Shown piece after piece: positions 27,871-41,652 of a stretch of DNA of 64,000 bases. The notes under the pieces are model-generated. The model had not been told where the DNA came from. It saw nothing but the letters and a program-made list of their open reading frames with translations, and did no database searches. The DNA is taken from positions 76,880,001 to 76,944,000 of the forward strand of contig NC_043001.1 in the NCBI RefSeq assembly GCF_006345805.1. Reading direction: 5' to 3'. Numbering within the stretch: the first letter of the stretch is position 1; every line of letters begins with the position of its first letter. This DNA comes from Octopus sinensis. Taxonomy: Eukaryota. Made by a program: the position numbers and the translations under genes.

Positions 27871-28579
27871 TAATAATAATAATAATTATTATTATTATTA
27901 ATTATTAATAATAATTAATTGAGAGTGAGATAGGTAGAGAAGGAAGTGGGAGTGTGAAAGATAAAGGTTCAGTTTTATTATTATTATTATACATACATAC
28001 ATAATAATAATAATAATAAGTAGGTGTAAACACATGAACAAAATAAAAATAAACAAAAACAAGTTACACAAACATATATAAACAGGAGATACAAATATTA
28101 TAGGCACTCCCCCCCCCCCACACACACACACACTAACTAAACTCTGGCTGAAATAAGATTAAAATTAATGTAAAAAATAACGCTGAAGCAAAGTAACACC
28201 AGATATATAGTGTGTGTTTTTATTGGCTAAACTGGCAAAATGACCATTCCTAAATACAACAATATCTGTTTCAACACACGATTTCTCATCAAAAATCTTG
28301 CAAAACAAATATATAAACGTAAGAATTTTAATCCTTTAGCATTTAAACCAGCTATGTCTGGCTCAAATATTCTATTTGTTTTATGTTTGAGCTAGCCAGA
28401 TCCAGCCTCTCACACTTATCCTACAATGTCATTCTAAACATAAATGTTACACCCTGCCTCCTAACTGGGTTTTGTAGTCTCACAAGCTGCTTGGTAACCT
28501 CACTAGTGGTGATGACATGAAAGAAAGCATTCAAACACACCATAAAGCGTTTGGCATTAGGAAGGACATCCAGCTGTTG

Positions 28580-28880
28580 AAGGCTGGATATAGTAACCTT
28601 TAGGAGCGACAAACAAGAGTGCCTCAAAATTTATGCGGCAGTGCCCGGAGATCAACATATCATCATGAAAGAAAAAGGGTTGATAAATATGGAGACCTGA
28701 GAATTGAGATTGCTAAGATGTGGCTGCTATGAGAGTCAAACATAAAGGTTATCCTATTGTTATCGGAGCATTAGATTCTCTGAGGTCCTTGTTGTGACTT
28801 GACAAACAGTACAAACCCCTGGTAGGCACAATATCTTCAATCAACAACCTCATGGTATTGTATACTGTGTGATGTCTATA
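28580..28880 (+). mobile_element. 3' fragment of an R4/Dong-like non-LTR retrotransposon (REL endonuclease)
   Basis: Translates with frameshifts and stops as RLDIVTFRSDKQECLKIYAAVPGDQHIIMKEK.VDKYGDLRIEIAKMW..ESNIKVI.IVIGAL, a PD-(D/E)xK REL motif. Ends in (TAA)n. Confidence 0.8.
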
Positions 28881-28894
28881 ATAATAATAGTAAT

Positions 28895-29368
28895 GGTTTC
28901 AAGTTTTACTGCAAGGGTAGTAATTTTAGGGGAGGGGATGAATCGATTACATCGACCCCAGTGTTCAACTGGTACCTTTTTTTATCGAACCCCGAAAGGA
29001 TGAAAGGTAAAGTCGACCTTGGTGGAATTTGAACTCAGTGCAAAGACTGACAAAATGCCACTAAGCATTTCTCTTGGCGTGCTAATGATTCTGCCAGCTC
29101 ACTACCTTAATAATAATAATAATAATAATTATGATGATGATAATCCTTTCTACTATAGGCAGAACGCCTAAAATTTGAGGGAGGGTGATAAGACAATTAC
29201 ATTGATCCCCTAGTACACAACTGGTACTTATTTTACTGACCCCAAAATGACAAAAGCTAAATCAACTTTGGCAGAATTTCAATGTAAGGACAGACAAAAT
29301 GCCACAAAGCATTTTGCCCAGTGTGCTAAGAATTCTGCCAGACTGCTGCCTTAATAATAATAATGATG

Positions 29369-29406
<38 letters not shown>

Positions 29407-29590
29407 CCTTTCTACTAAAGGCACAAGACCTGAAATTTTTGGGTAGGGAGCCAGTCAATTACATGAACCCCAGTTCTCAACTGGTGCTTATTTTATCGAC
29501 CCCGAAATTTGAACTCAGAATGTGAAGATGGACGAAATGCCGCTAAACATTTTGTCCAGCATGCTAACAATTCTTCTAGCTCACCACCTT
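28895..29590 (-). mobile_element. Three tandem family A SINEs in (TAA)n
   Basis: Same motifs as the other family A copies, with (TAA)n spacers. Confidence 0.8.
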
Positions 29591-31743
29591 ATGTAATAAT
29601 AATAATAATAATGGAGCTGGTCATAAGAAGTATATTTAATGGTTGGACTTCAATAACGAGGTGAATATGGTTCATTAAATGTTCTTCAGAATATCTAATG
29701 TCTCCTGTTTCATTGATATTGTATTTTTTTTCTTTTTTCTTTTTTTTTTATGGTCTTTCTTTTTTGGTTCTTTTCTGCTTCAGAAACTGATTTTTTTTTT
29801 TCTTTTTCCTTCCTTCATACCAAAACATTAACGTTTGACTTAAAAACTTGCACAATCTATTCCATATTAAATTGTAATAAGTCTACTTGAAGGCCTTATT
29901 CATCTTTTAATATATATTTTGTTTTTCAAAGAGGTTTATATTGCCTGTGTTTTGTGGTTCTTTAAATTGTGAAGAACTTTTAGAGATATGTCAAACCAAA
30001 AGCTTGAATTTATTTCATAGAAAAACCAAAAATGAATTCCGTTGATTATATATTCTTATTATTTTGAAGAAGAATTATAAATCAGATTAAATTTATTGAT
30101 TTATTTTTCCAAAATATTCTTCAATATTTAGTTCATTTTCTTTACAGTCTCTTTTCTTTTCTTTTTTGTCAAGAAGATTGTGTGCACTGGTGAAAAAAAA
30201 ATTATGCATAAAAAAATACATACATAAACAAGTATTTGCATGTGTGTATGTATGTGTGTGTCTAAATACACACATGCATAAACAAATGAATATTTGCATG
30301 TGTATATGTGTATTTGTGTGTGCAAATATGTAAAGGAATATTTGCATGTGTGTGTGTGTATAAATACATAAGTGAATGAATATTTGCATGTGTGTATGTA
30401 TGTGCCTATCTATGTATGCATGTATATGTGTGCATGAATTTTTATGTGTAAATATATACAAACAGATACACATATACATGCAGTTATGCATAGTCATGCA
30501 TATAGATACACACAGTTGCACAAATACATACACACAGTTGTTACACTGATATCCACAGTTTCTCAGATACACAGCAAATACACGGTTACACTCCTAAATA
30601 GATATACGCATAGTTACAGAATCACATGCATTACAGATACATATATGCACAATTATGCAAATACATTTATACACACAGTTACTCAGTTACTCAAAAACAG
30701 TTTCACACACAGATACACATACACACACAATGACACATATATAAACACATACAGCTACACATACATATGCACATTTACACGCAGATAAACAGCTCTAATT
30801 GTTGCCATTCAAATCCTCCAAGAGAATTATAGGAAATGCATTAGAAAACTACAATGTGTATATAATGGGTGTGTATATTGTGTGTGTGTGTGTGCAGATT
30901 CATATGTATGTATGACACATACATGTCTCTGTTGTATGTTTATGCCTTTTTATTTAGTTTATTTTGTCTTTGCACTAAAGAGATTATGGAGCCTCTGTGT
31001 TTCTACATATTTAGTACATAAATACCTATACTTACACACACACACACAGATACACACAGACATGCATGCACACACACACACACACACAATGCTAGTGCTT
31101 GTGGGTGTGTGTATGTGCGCATGCATTCACAATTGTTTAGACTGATTATATGTACAAAGATACAAGATATATAAGATATATTTCTTATATAAGAAATATA
31201 TGATATATTCCCTGTTATATGTAAACATTTCTCTATAAAATAAATTTTCTGTTTAAGATATAAGTATATATATATATGTATGTATATGCATATATGTATA
31301 TGCATATATGTATGTATGTATATATGCATATATGTATGTATGTATATGCATATATGTATACATATATTTATGTATGTATATGCATATCATCATCATCATC
31401 ATCATCGTTTAACGTCCGTTCTCCATGCTAGCATGGGTTGGACGGTTCGACCGGGGTTCTGGGAAGCCAGAAGGCTGCACCAGGCTCCAGTCTAATCTGG
31501 CAATGTTTCTACAGCTGGATGCCCATCCTAACGCCAACCACTCTGTGAGTGTAGTGGGTGCTTTTTACGTGCCACCTGCACACATATATGTATACATATA
31601 TGTATGTATGTATTTATGTATGTATATGCATATATGTATACATATATGCATGTATGTGTATATATATATATATATATGCATGTTGTATGTATGTATGTAT
31701 GTATTTATGTATGTATATGCATATATGTATACATATATGCATG

Positions 31744-31781
<38 letters not shown>

Positions 31782-32091
31782 TGTTGTGTATATATGTATA
31801 TATGTGTATATATATGTGTATGCATGTATGTATATGTATGTAAATATATATGTATATGTATGTATGGTATGTGTATCTATGTGTATATATATGTGTATGT
31901 ATGTTTGTATTTATATATTTAATTATGTATATGTATATATATATGTGTGTGTATATGTGTATATACACAATCACTAATATTTCTTTATAATATTTATTTC
32001 CTATTTTTCCAGACTCTTGCACTTGACGTCCCTCAACACACATTTGGATTTTAACATTTTTTTTTTTTGGCCAAATAAGCGATGCCTGAAG

Positions 32092-32167
32092 ATGTCATTG
32101 AATTGTTCTAGAATCTTCATCAAAATGTTGATCCTGTCTCTTCTCTTGCCAGTTTTGGTTTTCTCAG
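32092..32167 (+). CDS. First coding exon (signal peptide) of a CUB + LDLa domain secreted/membrane protein
   Basis: Acceptor tttttccag|32013. ATG at 32092 gives [25 protein letters not shown], a hydrophobic signal peptide. Donor CAG|gtgaga is phase 1 and joins exon 56440 in frame (G+TC=Val; ...LVFSVNS-QAVAP). A second in-frame ATG lies at 32125 (caaaATG). Linkage across the 24-kb intron is inferred from phase and signal-peptide fit. Confidence 0.72.
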
Positions 32168-32265
32168 GTGAGACAACAAAATTCATTAATATCTATTTCT
32201 AACTTCCGCTTCTGAATAATTTGGTTCACATTGCGAATTATATGGTTGTATTGTATAAGTGCTTG

Positions 32266-32305
<40 letters not shown>

Positions 32306-32539
32306 ATCAGTCATCCACATGTGCAGGCATGTCCTTTGCTGGTGCCATGTAAAATGCGCTCGTGCTGATGCTGTGTAAATGCACCTATACCAGTGGCACA
32401 TAGAAAGCGCCTGGTACACTCTGTTGAGTGGGGGAGTCTGGACATCTTCCCGGTTGACCAACTCCTGTCAAGCTGTCCAATACATGCCAACATGGGTTGG
32501 ATGAATGTTAAATGACGATGATTGTGATATATATATATA

Positions 32540-32755
32540 AAGTTAATCCAAACATGAAAACACAAAGAGAAAACACAACAACGCGAGGACGTGGAACAAA
32601 TATAGTATTATTGGATGCTCAGGAAGGAAGGGAAGAAGGAGGGTTTAACGTTTCGAGCGGAGCTCTTCGTCGGAAACATAGGAGAAGGAAAGATCCAGAG
32701 AAGGGAATACAGAGGGAAAAAAAAATCTCCAATGGTACACACGCGGTCACATTTT
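32540..32755 (-). mobile_element. Penelope-like terminal fragment with a minimal hammerhead (32643-32677)
   Basis: Minus strand: gttt CCGACGA a gagc-tcc-gctc GAAA cg TT^ aaac. The 3' end TTTGGATTAAC joins (TA)n. Confidence 0.7.
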
Positions 32756-33929
32756 GAGAGCAGTTGTATACTCTGAACTTAACATGACAGTCCCATAGAG
32801 GGAATTACACCACTGCTATTTAGCCCTAGGAAGCATCAACACTTCTTGTTGTCGGCCTTGACACATTTCCTATGTCCTTATGTTTACAAAGGGGAGACAA
32901 GCACCCCCAACAGCTAGGCCTGCATCCAGAGACATGACATGTTTCTGATCTTGCTCGTCATCAATCTGGAACGTAAAAAGCACCAACTGATTGTGGCTGT
33001 TGCCAGCCTCCCCTGGCACCTGTGTCGGTGGCATGTAAAAAGCATCCACTACACTCATGGAGTAGTTGGCATTAGTAAGGGCATCCAGCTGTAGAAACAC
33101 TGCCTGATCAGACTGGAGCCTGGTGCAACTTCCTGGCTTCCCAAACCCCGGTCAAACCGGCCGACCCATGCTAGCATGGAAAACGGACGTTAAACGATGA
33201 TGATGATGATATCATTATCATCATCATTATTGTCATTTATTGTCCATGCTGCATGCTGGCATCAGCTTGTTGGTTTGACCAGAGCTGGCAAGTTGGAGAG
33301 CTACACCAGACTCTAGTCTGATTTAGCATGGTTTCTATGGCTGGATGCCCTTCCTAATGCCAGCCACTTTATAGAGAGTTCTGGGTGCTCCTATGTGGTG
33401 CTGCATGGGCGGTTTTTACATGGAGCTGCATGGGTGCTTTTACATGGTATCATATAGGTGCTTTTATGTGGCACCACATGGGGTCTTTTCAGTTAACTAT
33501 ACCCTGTCACCTATTCCCTTTCTCTTGTTCCCTGCTATACTCACCTCCCTCCATTAGTGACTAATACTCTGCTGCTCTTTCCACTGTCACCCTATCATAA
33601 CTATAAGTCTGTTCCTATCACCTTATTTTCTTTACCTCATCCCCCACCAAGCATCTCTCTTTCATTGTGCCTCAGTTATAGGGGCTAATTTAGTCCCTTA
33701 GCCTTGCAAGTTATGGTGGGAGAAGATCTTCACTAGTGTTGGTACCACAAATAAAACACTCAGTACTCTCTGTAAAGTAGCTGGTGTTAGGAAGGGCATA
33801 TTGTCATAGAAACCCTGCCAAAGTAGGCACTGGAGCTTGACACAGTCCTGTCTTCTGAGTGGAGACACACAATTATTTTTTCTTTCAACAACTAGAAGCC
33901 ACAAATATAACTCATATAAAAAAAAAACA

Positions 33930-34440
33930 TCTTCTCAAACTTTTCTTAGCACAAGCCGCACACATCTGGAGTCCTATTTGTTCTCCTGAAGAAATCACAT
34001 CTTCAACATAACTAGGACCACTTCTCAATGACTGGCCCTTCTTCTCATGAACGAAAGATTCTTCTTTTCCCAACAATTATTGATATTCTACAAAACCCTC
34101 ACAATGGAGTATTGCTCCTGCATTTGAGACATAGCTGCTGCTGTATTCAGTTATCCTTGACCATATCCAAAAAATGGTCACTTGACTGATATGCCTACTG
34201 TGTCTTCTATGTGCTTGTTTTTGCTGCAACTATTATGGCCCCTGCTCTTCAAAACTGACATGTTCATGGTACTTCCACTCAGGTATTCCCAATCCACTCA
34301 TCTCTCCTCTATCTGTCATCAGCCATGTTATTGTGTTGTCCAACTACCAGGCCAAACACTAGCCACTACATTTAATACTTTCCTCCTTGGTACATCCACC
34401 CTTTGTAACTACACCACCCCATGTTCATGTCTTTCCTCCA
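33930..34440 (+). mobile_element. Decayed CR1/Jockey-group LINE 3' fragment
   Basis: NHIFNITRTTSQ.LALL...FFFSQQLLIFYKTL.TMEYCSCI resembles the post-RT LYK...R..MEYCS.IW motif. Confidence 0.6.
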
Positions 34441-34790
34441 GGATATGTAGAATAAACGATTCTTTGGTTATTAAATATATAAAATTGTGTGTAAATATCA
34501 GAAAAAAAAATTTAATTATCATATATCGTATGAGAATAGACATATGAATGGTATAGATTATAGGTATTATAAACTTATGTAATTGTTAGTTTATAACACA
34601 TAATACTCTTTTACTTGTCTCAGTCATTTAACTGCAGTCATGCTTGAGCACCACCTTTAGTTAAAATAAATCAACCCCAGGACTTAGTCTTTGTAAGCCT
34701 AGAACTTATTCTATCAGTCTCTTTTGTCAAACTTCTAAGTTACAGATATGTAAACACACCAACATTAGTTGTCAAGCGATGGTGGGGGGA

Positions 34791-34830
<40 letters not shown>

Positions 34831-34999
34831 TATGATGGGCTTCTTTCAGTTTTTGTCTACGAAATCCACTCACAAGGCTTTGGTTGGCCCAAGGCTGTAG
34901 CAGCAGGCACCTACCCAAGGTGCAATATGATGGGACTGAACCCAGAACCATGTGGTTGGGAAGCAAGCTTTTTACCATACAGCCACACTGGCACCTGTG

Positions 35000-35378
35000 T
35001 AACAAAATTATCCCATGTCTTCTTAGGTCTCTGTCTTCTATGAGTTTCATTCACTTTAAGAGATTAGCACTTTTTATGGAGCTGTTGGTATCCAACCACA
35101 TCATATGACCAAACAAGTGCAGTTTTCTCTCTTGTGCACTCCGTCTAATTCCTCGTATGCCTAACTTCTCTCTCACTACACTAACATACTGTCATTACAC
35201 ATCCAGAAGAGCGTGCTAGCCTCATTCCTCTCTAGTATATCCTCTGCATTCAGGTTTTATGTCTCACTATCATGTAAAATCACTGTTTGTACACATGCAT
35301 CATACAGTCTTCCTTTCACACAGAGAAGGAGACCTTTGATTGCTAGCAGAGGTAAACATTCTCTGAATTTTCTCCATA
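35000..35378 (-). mobile_element. RTE LINE fragment (C-terminal to the RT domain)
   Basis: WRKFRECLPLLAIKGLLLCVKGRLYDACVQTVILHDSET matches the RTE motif KGRLY.A.V....L.GSETW. Confidence 0.8.
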
Positions 35379-35412
35379 TATATATATGTGTGTGTGTGTG
35401 TGTTGTGTATGT

Positions 35413-35952
35413 GTGGAGGCACAATAGTCCTGTGGTTAGGGCAGCAGACTCACAGCCATAGGATTGTGGTTTCAATTCCCAGACCGGGCGTTGCGAGTGT
35501 TTATAGAGCGAAAACACCTAACACTCTGCAAGGCTCCAGCAGGGGGTGGTGGCGATCCCTGCTGTACTCTTTCGCCACAACTTTCTCTCACTCTTTCTTC
35601 TGTAGGCCTGCTTGCTTAGCCAGCAGGGTGGCGTCATTTGAAGACTAAAACAATGCGAAGTGCATTGTGACCAGCGATGTGCAGCAACATCTGATAGCCT
35701 GGTCGGTCACGTGATATATATTTTTTTTTTTTTTTTGTACTTGTTTCAGTCATTTGACTGTGGCCATGCTGGAGCACCGCCTTTAGAGTGGTGAAAGAGT
35801 ACAGCAGGGATCACCACCTCCTGCCGGAGCCTCGTGGAGCTTTTAGGTGTTTTTCGCTCAATAAACACACACAACGCCCGGTCTGGGAATCGAAACCGTG
35901 ATCCTCCGACCGCAAGTCCGCTGCCCTAACCACTAGGTCATTGCGCCTCCAC
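35413..35952. mobile_element. Two family D tRNA-SINEs in inverted orientation (35413-35715 +, 35786-35952 -)
   Basis: Heads GTGGAGGC.CAAT..CCT.GTGGTTAGGGCAGC.GACT..C..GGTTTC.ATTCCCAGACCGGGCG. Confidence 0.8.
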
Positions 35953-35964
35953 ATGTTTATATAT

Positions 35965-36008
<44 letters not shown>

Positions 36009-38194
36009 GACATACATATGTACATATACATACATACACACACACATGCACGTAGATTGAGAGCTAACTAGATATGTACTGTGAAGCACAACACAATGAA
36101 AGATCAGACTCAGTAGAGGGTTCCACTCTCCATTCCTATATCCAGTGCAGTATGAAGCAGGCATCAAACTTCAGGATAAACAAGTGTGCAGAATACAAGC
36201 CAAGCTACAGAATTAATAACAAAAGCATTGAACACCATACCTGTTTTCTGAATTATATCAAACATATACAGACATACACACACATATATATATGTGTATT
36301 TATATATATATATATATATAATTTTCCATGATACAACCCATATATAATAGCATACATATTTAGCACTGGTTACCAAAATAGTTAATAAGCAGTTTAAAAA
36401 TGTATATGTTGGGGGTGTTTTCTTTACACATCTGACCTGAAGCTGTTACTAACTGAAACGGGGCCTACAATACACATTTGGTCTAGTCTTACTAACAACT
36501 TTGTACAGAGCTGCCTGACACCACCATATTAACACCAAACAATGATTCCTTAGTTTGGCATGAAGCCACGAATGTATGGAAGGAGAGACGGAGTCGATTA
36601 AACTAATTCCATTGCGTCACTTACCATATCGACCCCGAGAAAGTTGACCTCAGCAGAATTGAAAATCAAACAAAGCTGGTGGGGAGAAAAAAGAAAGGAA
36701 GAAAATATGTTTGCTATTTAGTCTGGTATTTTACTGTTTCTATCGCCTTTTTTTTCCTAGCTTTGAGACAATGTGAGAGCCTCAATGTGGTTGCTTTATC
36801 TGCTAGAAATGGCAACCAAATCTCCTAATCACATCCTGTCATTTTAAAAAAAAGGAGGAAGGACATCTTTATTAATATAGTCATGAATGCATTGTAATGT
36901 CTGTGTATAAGGTGGTAAGCTCGCTGAATTGTTAGCATACCAAACAAAATGCTTGACAGCATTTCAACTGTCTTTATGTTCTGAGTTCAAATTCTACCAA
37001 GGTCAACTTTACCTTTCATCCTTTCGGGATCAATAAATTAAGTACCAGTCAACTACTGGAGTCAACGTGATTGGCTATCCTCTCCCCCATAAATTTCGGG
37101 TCTTGTGCCTATAGTAGAAAGGATTATTATGTCTGTATATGAGGTGGTGAGCTGACAGAATCATTAGCACATTGAACTTGAGCAAAACGCTCAGTGGCAT
37201 TTCATCTGTTTTTACGTTCTGAGTTCAAATTCCATCGAAGTTGACTTTGCCTTTCACTCTTTCGGTGTTAATAAAGTAAGTACCAGTTGAGTACTGGGGC
37301 TGATGTAATCAACTTACTCCTTTCCAAAAAATCGTTGGCCTTGCATTAAAATTTGAAATCATTGTTTTGTTTGTATATGAGACAGGATGGTCATGGCTGA
37401 AGCACCTTTGATCATAAGTTTATTTGATCACAAGCTGACCTGGGGCTAAACCACAACAAAAACCTAGAATATCCACAATCCTGAGCTTGTAGGTTTCACC
37501 AGATGCTCAGCACCCCACTGTCCCCTTCCTTACTTTATATATTATAAGTCTGCTCAAACTGAACTCTTTGGTGACAACCAGCACTACCACCATCATTACA
37601 AGAAGACTCTTCTGCTGGAAGTTATTTTCCAGTCTGAAATCATGAAGCATCTTGTCAGTTTAATATCTATTTCTCATTTCTTGACACCCAATGAAGAACA
37701 GAAAGCAGTAAGCTGGCAGAATTGTCAGTATAGCATTTCGTACTTAGTGGCACCACTTCCAGCTCTTTACTTTACATTCTGAGTTCAAATCTTACCAAGG
37801 TCAACTTTGCTTTCTGCTCCCTTCATGGTTGATAAAATAAAGTATCAGTCAAGTATTGCAATTGATGCAATCAGCTTTCCCCACTTCCCTCAAAATTACT
37901 ATCCTTGAACCCTGCAACAAACCAAAAGTAGGGGTGTGGAGTAGCTGTGATCTTGATCACTTATGTGTCATGGAAGCCAAATAATGAGACCTAAGACCTG
38001 AGAAAGAGAAATAAATAAGAAGCATGGACTGCAAAACCCTTGTCTTCATATGCACTAACCAACATATCAGTCTGGGTTCTCCATATGTTTTGTGACCCTA
38101 TGAATCTGTACCTGGAAAGTTTTGTTTTCCTTATGGTACAAGCCCAGATAAAGTTTATATTTTATATGTGCAAGTGTGGCTATATGGTTCATGC

Positions 38195-38412
38195 TTTCAT
38201 TACCAACCTGGCTGAAACCAGCTCTGGCTCTGTTGTACAAATGTCTTGTTTTCTTAAGGTTTTAATTAAAATCTTCCACCAAACCTTAGTCATAATTTAT
38301 GTTCCTAACAGTAGCTGAATGATAAATAAGTTATTTTACTAAATTCTTTGTTATATTTAAAGTAATTGAAAGAAACACAGAGCATCTCAAAATAAATACA
38401 GTAACAAAAGGG
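38195..38412. mobile_element. piggyBac-like MITE remnant (second family)
   Basis: Ends AAAGGG|TTAA. A related sequence in the opposite orientation at about 6605-7043 also ends AGGG|TTAA. Confidence 0.5.
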
Positions 38413-39214
38413 TTAAGGAGTTTGTTTCCCATCCACATAGTTGTGGCTCAAGTCTGAATGCATGGAACCTCTGGCAAGTATCTTCTGCTATAGAACTAGA
38501 GGGACTAAATGCTTTGTGAGTGCATTTAGTAGATGGAAACTAAAAGAAGCCTGCCCTAGTATGGCTGCAGTCCAGAGAGTGAAACAACTAAAAGATAATT
38601 CAAAAAAAGATGTGTGTGTGTGTGTGTGTGTGTTTCCTTGTCTTGACATTATATGATAGATGTAAATGAACCTCACTGTCATACAAGCAGTGATCATCAT
38701 TTCCAGTCATCTGTGAAAACATGTCCGGCCTTAAGGAAACATCACCTTACTTGGAAACAGGTGAGGGTTAGTGACAGGAAGAGTTCCAGCTGTAGAAGAT
38801 GTGCATCAACACATTCCATCTGACCCATGCAAGCATGGAAGAGCAGACATTAATACAACGATGAGGATAGACCACAAATAGTTTATGCAAGTGAACTTCC
38901 CCTCTCATATGGTCACTGATGTTGTCCACTGGAATGGCAAGGACCTATGTATTTAGGCACCAGTGACATCACAGGTATTACTATCAGAACATGAAGAGCT
39001 GGAACGGATATCTCACTTCAACTCAGCTCATCCAACATGTGAACAATTCCACCAACTTGGTACTTTATTCATTGACCTTAGCAAGATGAAAGCTAAGGTT
39101 GACTCAGAAAAATTTGAATTCAAGGAACATTCTATCCGCTGTTCTAATAACATTGCCATTCAGTACCTTTGACTATCAATATCAATCACTGTTGTAATTG
39201 TGTATCAATTAATT

Positions 39215-39390
39215 TATCTATGGACTCTACTAGTCCAACCTGGGCCTCCAATCTTTCCACTATGGACTCTACCAGTTCAATCTGGACTCTTCCCCCAATC
39301 TCTCTATTATGTAGTCTACCAGTCCTACCTAGACTCTTAGTCTCTCCATTATGGACTCTACCAGTCCTGCTTGGGCCTCCAATTCCTCCT
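39215..39390. repeat. Degenerate tandem repeat of about 40 bp
   Basis: TATGGACTCTAC(C/T)AGTCC...GGGCCTCCAAT, about four copies. Confidence 0.75.
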
Positions 39391-40168
39391 TGGCAAACCA
39401 CAATAAACTACAAACAATGCAAAACAGTAAATGAAGTAACATAACATGTTGTAAACAGGCTGAACTAATCAAAAATGCATAGAAGAAGGACCACCTGGAT
39501 GTGTGAGGGGCACAGTTTGTTGCCACAGTAAACTTTGACTTTCTCACTTCACCAACCAGTCTTTGTCACTTCATAAAAATCCACCTCCAAACACACAAGA
39601 GCTATTACTCCAACATCCTATATTCATCTTAAGCACAGATGCAAATTCACTAAAGTCTAACTGGCCCCAAATATCATGTAGAGATGCTCATCATAAATAT
39701 ATTTTTCTCCTCCGTTGTGGCCACCACAAAAATTTACAGGCGTACAGCAGTAGACTGGACCATAGAAAGACCTTACACTGTGTCCAGACTGCTGGCTGCT
39801 TACTATACACTGTAATTCAATACTGCATGCCCTCTGTATGGTCCTCAGTTAAGTGGAGATATGATATCATGAGGAATGATGAGTCTCAGGGTCTCACTTC
39901 ATTGTTCTAGAGCTGACCTGAGTTTATATAACACAGAATGAGACAACTGGGACACAACCGTTTGGATGCTGACGATTTGGCATAGCTGACTTTGATATTC
40001 AGTCTGTTTAGGTGACACTACGTTTTAGAACTGGAGGCAAACACACACACACATATGTGTAGATGCAGAAACATACATACAGATAGATAGATAGATAGAT
40101 AGGTAGGTAGGTAGGTAGGTAGGTAGGTAGGTAGGTAGGTAGGTAGGTAGGTAGGTAGGTAGGTAGGT

Positions 40169-40187
<19 letters not shown>

Positions 40188-40204
<17 letters not shown>

Positions 40205-40400
40205 TATTGGCCATGCGGGGCTAAACACAGAAGGGACAAAATATAAAGTAGAGCTTTTCTTTTTGGGAAGAGGCGAAGGGGAAAAAAACCCCTAAAAAGT
40301 GGGGGCGAATTCCGATCAAAAGGGATCGTGAAAAGAAGAAAACAAGAAAAAAAGGGGGAGGACGAATTCCGATCAAAAGGGATCGTGGAAAAAAAAGATA
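40188..40400 (-). mobile_element. Retroposon 3' end with (GAAA)n tail, inserted in a GATA/GGTA microsatellite
   Basis: Minus strand ends TGTCCCTTCTGTGTTTAGCCCCGCATGGCCAATAAAGAAAGAAAG. Internal direct repeat GAATTCCGATCAAAAGGGATCGTG occurs twice. Confidence 0.55.
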
Positions 40401-41343
40401 GATAGATAGAGAAGTATTACAATGTATTAATTGAACACGGTTGACATAAACACTTATTCTTCTCCTCATACACATGAAAGGAAATATGGTCACACACATG
40501 AAGAGATAAGGAGTAGTGGAGCAGGGACAGAGGGAGAGAATGAGCAACATTGAAACGTCTGATGTCAAATCAGTCAGCATCAAATCAGCGACGCCAGACG
40601 AACGGCACCAAAATGGCTGTGCCAAAACGTTTCATACCCCATAAACAGTAACCATAACATTGCCGGAGTGATGCAGGCATGGTATATTTGGATTACGTGA
40701 ATCGCACCTGGTCGTTTCACTAACCAACAGCCAACGTTGTTATAAGTCTAATCAATCAGGGCTGCTAACCTTGTACTATATAAATCTTCAAAAGCTATCA
40801 ACACAGCTAAATCTATAGTCAACAACAACAAGAGGAAGAACGTATTAGATAATGTAGTCATAGATACATATCCCCTCCTCCACAAAAAAAAAAAAAACGG
40901 GATGGTTATGGCTGGAACAACAACAGTAGAGTGGCTGAGGATGGGCAGTTCACACTAGGTGACGGCTGTTTTGGGTCTCCTGTATAGGCCTGTACTGAAA
41001 TAAATGTATTTTTAATGGTACACAAGCTGATTAATACTCATTATACATACATAAATACGTGTACACACACACACGGAGTAAAATGTGACATAGGATGACG
41101 ACGGAGGAACTTACAGAAAGCAAGAAGAAACACAAAAAGACGTGGACACGCTCAACATTCGACAGCGATCAAAAATCATCAGAATTTCGATGTCATGTAT
41201 GTATGTATGTATGTATGTGTGTGTGTGTGTATACATGGCCTGCTTGCTTAGCCAGCGGGGTGGCGTTATTTGAAGGCTAAAACAATGCGAAGCGCATTGT
41301 GACCAGCAATGTGTAGCAACATCTGATAGCCTGGTCGGTCACA

Positions 41344-41384
<41 letters not shown>

Positions 41385-41652
41385 TCATCATTTAGCGTCT
41401 GCTTTCCATGCTAGCATGGGTTGGACGGTTAAACTGGGGTCTTGGGAAGCCAGAAGGCTGCACCAGGCCCAGTCTGATCTAGCAATGTTTCTACGGCTGG
41501 ATGCCCTTCCTAACGCCAACCACTCCGTGAGTGTAGTGGGTGCTTTTTACGTGCCACCGGCACAGGTGCCAGATGGGGCTGGCAAACGGCCACGGTCGGA
41601 TGGTGCTTTTTACGTGCCAATATATATATGTGTGTGTGTGTATGTGTACATA

